A stretch of 64,000 nt of DNA from Pseudomonadota bacterium (GTDB lineage Bacteria; Bdellovibrionota; UBA1018; CAIMNF01): the NCBI GenBank assembly GCA_027491115.1, contig JAIXWV010000020.1:229975-293974 (forward strand), written 5' to 3'. Below, piece after piece: positions 39,682-48,739 of this stretch. A model generated the notes under the pieces. The model searched no databases. It was not told where the DNA came from and was given only the letters and a program-made list of their open reading frames with translations. A program made the position numbers and the translations under genes. Position 1 is the first letter of the stretch; each line of letters begins with the position of its first letter.

Positions 39682-40482
39682 TCACTTGGCTGGTTTCTTC
39701 ACGCGATATACTCCCTTGTGCTCATTCGAATCAGCACGTCGACGAATCAGCTCGGCAATATCCGGATCGTGCTTTTGCGACTCCCTCGGAGCAAACAAAG
39801 CCCTCTCTCGAGGAGATGCCCCTTCCTGGGGAGCACAAAGGTAATAAACAGCAAGCGACTTCCTATAGATCCCAACGGGAAGCTCAACCGGACGACTCAT
39901 TCCATGCCAACTATTCTTGGTTGTATCGAAAATCACCGCCGTATTAAACGAGGGCGCATATTCCTCGATCAACTTCCCCGGGGAGTGGGTCTCTGCGTCA
40001 TTTTGCCAAAACCCCAGATGCCCCCCATGTTCTGGCCTAATTCCTGAAGACAGGTACACAATGATGTTCAACCTACGTTGTAACTTGAGCTTGGGATGGA
40101 TTGAATAGTCCAAATGAGGGTTTAGATTACCTCCTCTGCCGTGAATGTGCCATCCGCCTCCATGAAGTCCGGGGTCTGGAAAAAGCGGGGTTCCAACTTG
40201 TGAAGACAAGAGGTTCACGAATTCACTCGAGCATAATTCAGCCATCACCCTGTAAGTCAGAATAGGAAAATAAGCCCAATTGTTGAGTGCCTTCTTGTTT
40301 TCAATAGGATTCTCATAGGTAAACCAGCGAGAATCATCGTACTCTGGAAAATCATTCTCCAGCGACCTCGCAACCTGCTCAGGAAAAAAATCGGGAATAA
40401 CCCAATGGTCGAAAGGATCGCTCTTTTTCGAACAGGTCAACTTTCGATGTAGATTCGTGACGTCAAATAAAGCTGTATCCAT
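39682..40482 (-). CDS. 2OG-Fe(II) oxygenase superfamily protein (prolyl-4-hydroxylase-like)
   Basis: HxD...H facial triad context (NPHLDYSIHP ... EHGGHLGFW) with a downstream basic residue; about 266 aa. Confidence 0.55.
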   Translation of the reverse strand: MDTALFDVTNLHRKLTCSKKSDPFDHWVIPDFFPEQVARSLENDFPEYDDSRWFTYENPIENKKALNNWAYFPILTYRVMAELCSSEFVNLLSSQVGTPLFPDPGLHGGGWHIHGRGGNLNPHLDYSIHPKLKLQRRLNIIVYLSSGIRPEHGGHLGFWQNDAETHSPGKLIEEYAPSFNTAVIFDTTKNSWHGMSRPVELPVGIYRKSLAVYYLCAPQEGASPRERALFAPRESQKHDPDIAELIRRRADSNEHKGVYRVKKPAK

Positions 40483-40571
40483 CCGTAAGGATTATCCCTT
40501 GCCCGGAGAAAAAGAAAAGATGGTTCTTAGCACTGTTCGCGAAATCACTAAATAAAATGTAGAATCAGATC

Positions 40572-41240
40572 ATGAGACTTCTACTGGACCTCCTTGGCAA
40601 AACCCATCAACGTTTTGTTTTCCAACGCCGTTCCCAAGTATTAGCAAGAAATATTTCCGCACTGCTTGAGGAAGGGTCATCAGTCCTCGACGTGGGCTGC
40701 GGAAATGGGCAAATTGCAGCACTGATGATCCAAGAAAAACCAAGCCTCCGAGTGACCGGGGTTGACATCCATGCGCGCCCAAGTTGCGCCATTCCCTTTG
40801 CTCTTTATGATGGAACCACAATTCCCTATCCGGACAGGTATTTTGACGCCGTCATTCTAGTGGATGTGCTTCATCACACTCACAGACCTGCCGAGTTACT
40901 ACAAGAATGCGTGAGGGTTGCGAAATCCAATGTCATCATCAAGGATCACTACGCTGAGGGCTATTTCGACCATAAGGTCTTAGCGTTTATGGATTGGGTT
41001 GGGAATCGAGCTTGGAACGTAAAACTCACCTATCACTATCTATCCAGACGAGAGTGGATAGATCTATTTAAACGACTACAACTTAAAACCGAGAAGCTCT
41101 ATGAAAAAGGAATTGGACTCTATCCACTGTTGTTCAAGCCATTCTTCGAGAATGGTCTACACTTTATCGTCAAACTTAAACCACTCTCGACCGAGACAGT
41201 AAACCAATCGCAATCAAGACACTCGCAAGAAAGCACATGA
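40572..41240 (+). CDS. class I SAM-dependent methyltransferase
   Basis: Motif I VLDVGCGNGQIA; acidic post-motif II (VDIH); length 222 aa. Confidence 0.7.
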   Translation: MRLLLDLLGKTHQRFVFQRRSQVLARNISALLEEGSSVLDVGCGNGQIAALMIQEKPSLRVTGVDIHARPSCAIPFALYDGTTIPYPDRYFDAVILVDVLHHTHRPAELLQECVRVAKSNVIIKDHYAEGYFDHKVLAFMDWVGNRAWNVKLTYHYLSRREWIDLFKRLQLKTEKLYEKGIGLYPLLFKPFFENGLHFIVKLKPLSTETVNQSQSRHSQEST

Positions 41241-42540
41241 ATGCAGGGAAATAATACCTAAATACACAGTCAGGGCCATCGACGATGAAAATCGAATAAT
41301 AGAGCAATCCTGCTACGCAAAACATAAGCGGTGAGTAGTCTTTTTTCCGTAGGACCGCCACTGACGAAAGAAATAGCGCAATCAGGATCATGATATAGGG
41401 GCGCCCAAGAAACCCGTAAAACCCATAGGTGTAGGCTTCCATGCGACCCCAGTAGTCCATTCGGACCGGATTAAAAACCATCTTGTATTCATCATTGATG
41501 GAGGGGGTGTTATTCATAATTTCACTAATCACCCCCTGATCCATTGGGGCCTGAATACCCAGAAAATTCCCAGCAAAGATTAAATTATTCTTAATCCAGA
41601 TCTTAGGCTCCTTGATAGCGAAATCAAAAAAACATCTTACCTGTTCAACGGTTGAGCCCTCTTTTTTTATGTTTTGATAGATCTCCTTGCACAAAACCGT
41701 TCTGTAACAGCGATCATCAAATATCCTCTCTTCGTTGTGAAATACCCCTTTGATGCTATTTCTGATGCAAGAGCTTTCCTTCTCCCGAAGAAAGGAAAGG
41801 TTCCTCATCAATACCCCATGAAACGCTGTATCCATAGGATACACATTAAAGTACCGAGTCCCCAAGATCGACGCAACCACACCCAGAGGCAAAAGTATGG
41901 CCACGCAAGACCTCAAAGTCAGCCTCGATCGAGACCGGTATAGGCTCACCGGGATGAAGAAAAGTAGCGGGAGGAGGCTGACAAAATTGTATCGAAAAAG
42001 CAGACTCAAAGCCAAAAGCCCAGAGGCAAGGTAGAGATAGAATAGCTTCTTCGTGCGAAGGAAATTTAAAGCAAATGCGGTCATAAACAGCAAAATGATC
42101 GCAGCCGGCGTATCCGCTGAGTGAAAAATTCCGTAATTAATCAGAAAAGGCGTGAGACAGACGAGCACACCAGAGATAACCGAGTACCAACCCAATGAAG
42201 TGAAAGAAATCAAAACATAAAAAATGCTCAGGTTAGTAAGAAAAGACTGAATCACTGCGTAAGTGGATGGGCCCACCCCTAACTTCAAACACATCAGCTT
42301 GAAGAACGTGTTGAACAAGGGCCATTGTGATGTGATGCCGAACTTACTTAGATCGGCATCAAAACCATCATTAAGTTGGTAGGCCCAACCCCATTGGGAA
42401 GCCGAATCCCAAAACAACCAGCCCGGAGAAAGTCTGACTCCATGATAAACTGAAGACGCCAAACTAAATAGGACTACGAAAGAGACCCATAGCTGCTTCT
42501 TGTTAAGAATATCCATTTCCCAACTCAGCCTTTCCTTCAA
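41176..42540 (-). CDS. polytopic membrane protein (candidate GtrC-like or GT-C transferase)
   Basis: 454 aa with more than 10 TM helices, divergently adjacent to a GtrB-like GT2; its 3' end overlaps the convergent methyltransferase by about 65 nt. Confidence 0.35.
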   Translation of the reverse strand: MKERLSWEMDILNKKQLWVSFVVLFSLASSVYHGVRLSPGWLFWDSASQWGWAYQLNDGFDADLSKFGITSQWPLFNTFFKLMCLKLGVGPSTYAVIQSFLTNLSIFYVLISFTSLGWYSVISGVLVCLTPFLINYGIFHSADTPAAIILLFMTAFALNFLRTKKLFYLYLASGLLALSLLFRYNFVSLLPLLFFIPVSLYRSRSRLTLRSCVAILLPLGVVASILGTRYFNVYPMDTAFHGVLMRNLSFLREKESSCIRNSIKGVFHNEERIFDDRCYRTVLCKEIYQNIKKEGSTVEQVRCFFDFAIKEPKIWIKNNLIFAGNFLGIQAPMDQGVISEIMNNTPSINDEYKMVFNPVRMDYWGRMEAYTYGFYGFLGRPYIMILIALFLSSVAVLRKKDYSPLMFCVAGLLYYSIFIVDGPDCVFRYYFPAFMCFLASVLIAIGLLSRSRVV

Positions 42541-42677
42541 AACTCGGCCGACGATAGTAAAGTATTCTTCTCGGCTCCCTTAGAGAATCCTTGAATTAAG
42601 TAGAATACCTGTCAAAAAAAAGTCTAAATCACAAAGACTCTGGTCAGCTTGACGGGTTCTTCGCTGGGCATTATCTT

Positions 42678-43448
42678 TTGAGCATGACAGGCCAGACCGA
42701 CCTCACCCATTCGTTAAAAAAACCGGTTGTGGCCATTATCATTCCATCGTTCAACGAAGGTCCTCGGCTACTGAGGACTCTCAGAACCCTGGTCTCCTAC
42801 ATAGAGGAGGCAAACCATCCCACGATCCGCGAAAGAGACTTCCACATCTTGGTCGTGGATGACGGTTCTCACCCCCTTACCGACACCAAGACATTACAAG
42901 AGTCTCGAGGTAGCCAGTGCCAGATTTTTCTACTGCGACACTGGGTGAATCTCGGACAAGGCGCTGCTCTTCAAACTGGGATCGAGTTCGCCCGAGAAAA
43001 AATTCATCCGGATCATTTTGTTACCATGGATGCTGATGGGCAACATTCACCATCCGATCTTCCACTACTTCTGGAAACCATCATCAAAACAGAAACTGAC
43101 ATTGTGTTCGGAAATCGTTTTATAGGTATCTCCAACACCCCCGCGCTCAGGCGAGCTGTTCTCGCAGCTGCTGGCTGGTTTGAATACTGGATGACAGGAC
43201 TGAAGCTCGGAGACGCTCACAACGGATACCGTATTTTCAACTCAAAGCTCGGTGATGCCATCAACCTGAAATATAATCGCATGGCCCACGCAACGGAGTT
43301 TAAGGAGTTTGTCGGAAAATACGGGTTCCGCTTTACGGAAGCAAAGGTCAGCATCCACTACTCCCAAGAGTCACTCGCAAAGGGTCAAAGCAACATAGGC
43401 GCATTCAGGATAATTAGAGACCTGATTGCGGGCCACATTTTTGACTAG
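42678..43448 (+). CDS. GT2 polyprenol-phosphate glycosyltransferase (GtrB/DPM1/ArnC-like)
   Basis: VVAIIIPSFNEG...ILVVDDGSHP...DADGQH motifs of GT2 Und-P/Dol-P sugar transferases; 256 aa. Confidence 0.75.
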   Translation: MSMTGQTDLTHSLKKPVVAIIIPSFNEGPRLLRTLRTLVSYIEEANHPTIRERDFHILVVDDGSHPLTDTKTLQESRGSQCQIFLLRHWVNLGQGAALQTGIEFAREKIHPDHFVTMDADGQHSPSDLPLLLETIIKTETDIVFGNRFIGISNTPALRRAVLAAAGWFEYWMTGLKLGDAHNGYRIFNSKLGDAINLKYNRMAHATEFKEFVGKYGFRFTEAKVSIHYSQESLAKGQSNIGAFRIIRDLIAGHIFD

Positions 43449-43454
43449 GAGCTT

Positions 43455-43781
43455 ATGTACCGATACCACGTCGTCCTATTCCTGTTCATTATCGCTCTAC
43501 TTGTCTGGGATTGGATTTTTCTGGAAAAACCTTTCCGGCGAGTACTCGGCTGGCTCCTATTCTTTTTGACCTTGGTTACGGTAGGCTGTCTCAATTCCGG
43601 ACTGGTGGTGAGAGCGGAACGTCTTCTTCAGGCCCAGAGTCTGTCGGACCTATTCATTTATATTGTTTGTGTTCTTTTTACCCGTGAAGTGATCCTCAGC
43701 CGGGCTCGCAACAACAAGAAAAACGTTGAATTCACAAAAGTGGTCCGGGCCTTGGCGAAAGAGCGCGCTGAGAGACTTTGA
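43455..43781 (+). CDS. small membrane protein (GtrA/DUF2304-like flippase candidate)
   Basis: 108 aa, 3-4 TM helices, immediately downstream of and co-directional with the GT2 gene. Confidence 0.4.
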   Translation: MYRYHVVLFLFIIALLVWDWIFLEKPFRRVLGWLLFFLTLVTVGCLNSGLVVRAERLLQAQSLSDLFIYIVCVLFTREVILSRARNNKKNVEFTKVVRALAKERAERL

Positions 43782-44586
43782 GCGCAAAATCCCGGTAGGT
43801 AGAAACGCGTACGCTCTGGTTCGTGAGGTTTTTAAGTCGACTTAGTGCGTCTCTCCTGTTCCAGTAGAGCAATAAATTGAGGAGTGGATTTCTATTTACC
43901 CCTCCATGCATGTAATACTCCTCGTCTGGGTCAAAGTCATACGGGTGGAAGTAGGTAGGAATCGCTTCCCCTGAAGCAATGGAACGACGGACAGCGCTGA
44001 ATAACATTCCACGCGGAAGCAGCCTAAAGTACACCCCTCCTACGGGTACGGACCAAGGTCCTAATTTTACAGGCCTCATTGGGATCTCTACCACTCCTGC
44101 CGCAATCCTGGGCTCCGGACCATATCCGGCCCAGCCATGAAGCGGGTTGGCTGCTGGTAGAATGGAGGAAGAGTATATGAACCCTGCTTTACCCAATTCC
44201 TCATGAGCCCAGTTGGATTCGGGTGTGAGGGAGAAAATGGGAGCTCGGTATCCGAGTATCGGAACTCCAAGTTGCTGCTCGAAATCTTTAGCAATCCAGA
44301 GATCCTTCCGGAACTCTTCCCGGGACATCTCATTCAATGGTCGATGGGAGTCTGAGTGCCAAGCGAGCTCATGTCCGGCGGCAATCACCTTAGCGATCAG
44401 TTCGGGGTGATTCCGCATGATGTTGCCGACAGTGAAGAAGGTACACTTGAGCGATAGGGGCTCAAGCAGAGAGAGGAACTTTTCCGTATTGAACACTACG
44501 CGCGAGGGATAGCGACACCCCCTCTCAGAGTCAAGACGAGGATCTTCCAGATCGAGACTCAATAGTAGTTCGCCATCGTTTCTCAA
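43732..44586 (-). CDS. polysaccharide deacetylase (CE4 NodB-like, DUF3473-type)
   Basis: TFFTVGNI...HELAWHSDSH...GYRAP motifs of the CE4 family. Confidence 0.65.
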   Translation of the reverse strand: MRNDGELLLSLDLEDPRLDSERGCRYPSRVVFNTEKFLSLLEPLSLKCTFFTVGNIMRNHPELIAKVIAAGHELAWHSDSHRPLNEMSREEFRKDLWIAKDFEQQLGVPILGYRAPIFSLTPESNWAHEELGKAGFIYSSSILPAANPLHGWAGYGPEPRIAAGVVEIPMRPVKLGPWSVPVGGVYFRLLPRGMLFSAVRRSIASGEAIPTYFHPYDFDPDEEYYMHGGVNRNPLLNLLLYWNRRDALSRLKNLTNQSVRVSTYRDFALKVSQRALSPRPGPLL

Positions 44587-44587
44587 T

Positions 44588-46171
44588 CTATAACTCCCCT
44601 TTCTTCAATAGGTCGACAGCATGATGGCAAGCTCTGGCCGTGAGTGCCATGTAGGTGATGCTTGGATTCTGACAGGCACTTGATGCCATGCACGCTCCAT
44701 CAGTCACGAATAGGTTTGCCACCTCATGAGACTGATTCCACCCATTCAAAAACGAGTCTCTCTTGTCCCGCCCCATCCTAGCTCCGCCCATTTCATGGAT
44801 CGAGTGACCTGGAATGGCGGGCTCTTGAATGGGAATCACCTCTTCCGCTCCAGCGGCCTCAAGCATTTCTACGGCACTCGCCTGCATGTCCCCCCTCATG
44901 GCGTACTCATTTGCGCCGTATTCAAAATGAATTCGAACCAAAGGCATTCCGTAAGAGTCGCTCTGAGTCCTATCTAGCTCAATGAAATTCGATTGACTGG
45001 GCAGAGTCTCTCCAAACCCATGAAAATTCACTAGCCAGTCTCCCTCATTGTCAATCATCCCGGAACTGACTTGGTAGCCGAATCCGCGAAGGTAGTCTCG
45101 AGAAGGCTCCACGCCTAGGTTACGGAACCGTGGAACATACGAGCCCCAGGGAACTTCAGATTCCTGGTTCGAGATGTCACTGGGTAGTCTAATCCTTGCA
45201 TTGGCCCCAGACTTCCAATGATGGTCGACAAGATATCTCCCGAGAACTCCACTACTGTTACCGATCCCGGTTGGAAACTGCCGCGAAGTACTATTCAACA
45301 GAATCTGGTTGGTGGGAATAGTTGATGCGCACAAAAAAACAATTCGGGCCTGATACTCCGCCTCAGCCTTCGACGTAGCATCGATGACCCTCACCCCCGA
45401 GGCGCGCCCGCTTCGGTGATCCAGGAGCACAGAATGAACTATCGATCCGGTTTTTACAGCGAGTCTTCCGGTAGCCATCGCCTCGGGGAGCGCACCGTTA
45501 ATGCTAGAATAGTACACAACTCCATCGGAGTGAGTTTCACCACAAAACTGACAAGACCTCTTCCCATTTGAGCGTCCCTCGGCGATACGACTCGGAGTGA
45601 GCAGCCTAGTAAATTTACCCTGAAGAGTTTTCCGAAGATGCTCCTCCACAGCATTGAGAGACCTTGCCTTACCGAACTCACCGTCTGGAATCTGGGGGAC
45701 TCCTTCTTTCCTTCCAGTCAACCCAATCAGTCGCTCGACCTTCGAATACCAAGGGGCGAGATCCGTATAGCGAATGGGCCAGTCACAACCCGCACCGTCA
45801 ACAAGATTCGCATTGAAATCAAGATCACTCCACCTGTACGACTGCCCGGCCCAGGTGGCAGAACGCCCCCCGAGCTGATATCCACGAATCCACCAAAAAG
45901 GCGCATCTGGATCGCTCAGATAAGGATGCTCTCGATCATTCACAAAATAATGGGCCAGGTTAGGCCCTTCGAAAAGGTAACAGTTCCGCTGGATATGAAA
46001 ATCATCAAGGTCGATACTTGGAAATGACGATGCGGGTAGACTCGGACAAAGCCTAGGCGATCCCCTCTCAAGCAATAAGACCTCGAGCCCCGCTTGGGTC
46101 AGCTCTCTTGCCGCCAAAGACCCAGTTAATCCACTTCCTACCACTATCGCATCATAATGAGTCTTCATCAT
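44588..46171 (-). CDS. GMC-family FAD-dependent oxidoreductase
   Basis: N-terminal YDAIVVGSGLTGSLAARELTQAGLEVLLLERG dinucleotide fold and a C-terminal GMC signature region. Confidence 0.8.
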   Translation of the reverse strand: MMKTHYDAIVVGSGLTGSLAARELTQAGLEVLLLERGSPRLCPSLPASSFPSIDLDDFHIQRNCYLFEGPNLAHYFVNDREHPYLSDPDAPFWWIRGYQLGGRSATWAGQSYRWSDLDFNANLVDGAGCDWPIRYTDLAPWYSKVERLIGLTGRKEGVPQIPDGEFGKARSLNAVEEHLRKTLQGKFTRLLTPSRIAEGRSNGKRSCQFCGETHSDGVVYYSSINGALPEAMATGRLAVKTGSIVHSVLLDHRSGRASGVRVIDATSKAEAEYQARIVFLCASTIPTNQILLNSTSRQFPTGIGNSSGVLGRYLVDHHWKSGANARIRLPSDISNQESEVPWGSYVPRFRNLGVEPSRDYLRGFGYQVSSGMIDNEGDWLVNFHGFGETLPSQSNFIELDRTQSDSYGMPLVRIHFEYGANEYAMRGDMQASAVEMLEAAGAEEVIPIQEPAIPGHSIHEMGGARMGRDKRDSFLNGWNQSHEVANLFVTDGACMASSACQNPSITYMALTARACHHAVDLLKKGEL

Positions 46172-47316
46172 TGATCTCCGTTCCGAGGTGAACCCACCGC
46201 AGCTGCATCCTGTTCCAGCCTTTTCTCAACTTCCGAAACAACCAAACTGACACCGAGCGGATTCCAGTGCGTGTCGTCTGATTGATGCAGAAACTGGCCC
46301 GTTCTTTCGAAGTGATCCTTGAAAGCACGAATCGTGTTCACATACTCGAACCGGAGTGACCCTCGCCTATTTCGGACTTTTTCAAGAAACTCCGGAAAAC
46401 GTTCTCCAAATCTCCCTGGGGCCTCACCCGAAAGCTTGGGATAAAGAATGTTCTTCCTAGGCATCAGACTCAAGTAGAGTCGGCTTCCGAGCTTTTGCAG
46501 CTCTCCGCCGAACCGATCCAGACTAAGAACAATTTCCTCAAGCTCCTCATCACTCCAACTATCCGGCTGCCTAAATGCAGATGCCTCGTCGAAAAGCTGG
46601 CGCGGCTGGGTGCCAAAGGGGTAGGTACCCATGAACTCATCGGGTGGAGTGAAAGACCTGAAAAGAGCGGAATGGAGCCCGTGAGACTCTCTAAAGTTCC
46701 AATATGGATTTTTTCTGATCCTCGAGTAGGCAGTCAACAGCCTCGGAAAAGGGATCACCGACTCGCTCCCGGGCTTGACATCCGCGGCCCTAAATCGATC
46801 CACAATCTGAGCAAGAGGAAGTGCTACATAGTCCCCAACCGAGATCAATATCCACTTAGGTCGATAGCCAAGATTGTAAGCATGCTCCACATCGAATCTG
46901 AAGTTAGATCCGGCAAAGGATCTGACGCATCTTCCTTTTGAAAGAAGTGCCGTCAACGTTTCATCCTGGGACAAGGATGCCCCAGCGGCGGTGCTGTCAC
47001 CGATCACAATACCCTCTGGCTCTTGACACGAGTCATTAGAGTTTCTGTAGCCATCTTGATCGGTCTCCCATCGGGTACGTTTTGGGACCGAATCCTCAGT
47101 ATATGGCCCTAGATCACCCATCTCTGTTGAGTCAAGCCGCTGGTTCGGAAAGAAGTTTCCGTTCCAGTAATCTCCGTGAACAACCAAAGCCTCCCATGCG
47201 CGGAAAGTGTACTGGTTGAGAGGAAGGCTCAGCTGCCAGACAAACCAAACCAATGCCGGCGTTGATACCAAAGCCAAACGCAGAACCAAAGTTATGAAGG
47301 ATTTTTGATTATTCAT
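46168..47316 (-). CDS. SGNH/AlgX-AlgJ-like O-acetyltransferase partner protein
   Basis: N-terminal TM anchor, SGNH block I IVIGDSTAAG and block V DDTHWN; located directly downstream of the MBOAT gene. Confidence 0.55.
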   Translation of the reverse strand: MNNQKSFITLVLRLALVSTPALVWFVWQLSLPLNQYTFRAWEALVVHGDYWNGNFFPNQRLDSTEMGDLGPYTEDSVPKRTRWETDQDGYRNSNDSCQEPEGIVIGDSTAAGASLSQDETLTALLSKGRCVRSFAGSNFRFDVEHAYNLGYRPKWILISVGDYVALPLAQIVDRFRAADVKPGSESVIPFPRLLTAYSRIRKNPYWNFRESHGLHSALFRSFTPPDEFMGTYPFGTQPRQLFDEASAFRQPDSWSDEELEEIVLSLDRFGGELQKLGSRLYLSLMPRKNILYPKLSGEAPGRFGERFPEFLEKVRNRRGSLRFEYVNTIRAFKDHFERTGQFLHQSDDTHWNPLGVSLVVSEVEKRLEQDAAAVGSPRNGDQ

Positions 47317-47317
47317 A

Positions 47318-48721
47318 TCAGAACTGGAAGTAAATAAATTGTTCACCAGAAAAATGCGCTCCGAATAGGAACACAATCAAAATCAAAAAATAAAGTCCCC
47401 AACGCAATAATCCTGGAAGAGATCTCACCCTCTTCCAGAAGGGTTTCTTTTCGTCCCACCATTCGAAGAAATACATCGCAACTAGTAGAACCACGAACTC
47501 GTAAACCACGTCCCGTCTCAGAAGGTCAAATCCCATTAGGAACGGACGGAAAAAGCCCTTGAACATATCGGCTACACACTCCATGGTTTCTGAGCGGAAG
47601 AAGATCCAGGTGATCATCATCGCCAGGAAGACATAAACTCTTCCTAGCCACTTAGGCCAATTCTCACTCCGATACTTCGTTGGCACGAGGCCCTCGAGGA
47701 TAACATAGCCACCTTGAGTGGCCCCCCATAGAATAAATTGCCAACTCGGCCCGTGCCAGAATCCACTCAAAACGAAAGTAATCATGAGATTGAGCCGAGT
47801 CCTGAAAGCACCATGCTTACTTCCCCCCAGTGGGATATAGACATAGTCCCTAAACCATGAGGACAGAGAAATATGCCACCTCTTCCAAAACTCAGTCATC
47901 GAGGTTGCAAAAAAGGGCTTATCAAAATTCACCATGACCTCAATCCCGAGAATCTTTCCTGACCCTCGAGCGATATCGGAATATCCACTGAAGTCACCAT
48001 AACAACGTAGGGCCAGAGCGCTACACGCCAGAAAAATGACCAAACCCCCGAAGCGAGAAGGGGCTTCAAAGACACCATTAATGAGGAGCGCAACCCCATC
48101 AGAGAGAATGCACTTCTTAAATAGGCCCTGGGCGATCAGATAAAGTCCGGAGACCACCCGCTCATAGTCGAACTCGTTCTTCCGCCAAAGCTGAGGGATC
48201 ATATTTGCAGGCCGCTCGATCGGCCCTGCAACCAACTGTGGGAAGTACATGACGTAAACGGAGTAGACCAAAAGATTCTTTTCAGCAGTCCATTTTCCTC
48301 GATAAACATCGATGACATAAGATAAAGACTGAAAAGTGTGGAACGAGAGGCCAATAGGAAGAATGATTTCTAGTGCTTGGATAGAATAGTTCCAGTGGAG
48401 CGACTTAGCGAGTGCATTGATATTTTCGATCAAAAAATTTGAGTACTTGAAGAAAAACAGAATAGAAAGGTTCGACAGTACACTTAGGGCCAAATACCAT
48501 TTTTTCTTTTCTGTTGTGCCTGCGGCCTGAATCATTCGTCCCGCAAAATAGTCGATAAGAATGATCGCATAGAGAATCAGAAGATACTTTGGCATGAAAA
48601 AGCCGTAGAAGATCGAGCTCGAAACTAAGAGGAGCCAAAGGCGATTGCGCTGCCCGAGCATGAAGTAGGCCGCACAGACGAGAGGCATGAAAATCAGAAA
48701 TTCAAATGAATTGAATAGCAT
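47318..48721 (-). CDS. MBOAT-family membrane-bound O-acyltransferase (AlgI/DltB/PatA-like)
   Basis: MLFNSFEFLIFMPL... N-terminus, multi-TM, conserved His in ...FWHGPSW...; 467 aa. Confidence 0.8.
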   Translation of the reverse strand: MLFNSFEFLIFMPLVCAAYFMLGQRNRLWLLLVSSSIFYGFFMPKYLLILYAIILIDYFAGRMIQAAGTTEKKKWYLALSVLSNLSILFFFKYSNFLIENINALAKSLHWNYSIQALEIILPIGLSFHTFQSLSYVIDVYRGKWTAEKNLLVYSVYVMYFPQLVAGPIERPANMIPQLWRKNEFDYERVVSGLYLIAQGLFKKCILSDGVALLINGVFEAPSRFGGLVIFLACSALALRCYGDFSGYSDIARGSGKILGIEVMVNFDKPFFATSMTEFWKRWHISLSSWFRDYVYIPLGGSKHGAFRTRLNLMITFVLSGFWHGPSWQFILWGATQGGYVILEGLVPTKYRSENWPKWLGRVYVFLAMMITWIFFRSETMECVADMFKGFFRPFLMGFDLLRRDVVYEFVVLLVAMYFFEWWDEKKPFWKRVRSLPGLLRWGLYFLILIVFLFGAHFSGEQFIYFQF

Positions 48722-48739
48722 ACTTTCCCCTTGACCGCT

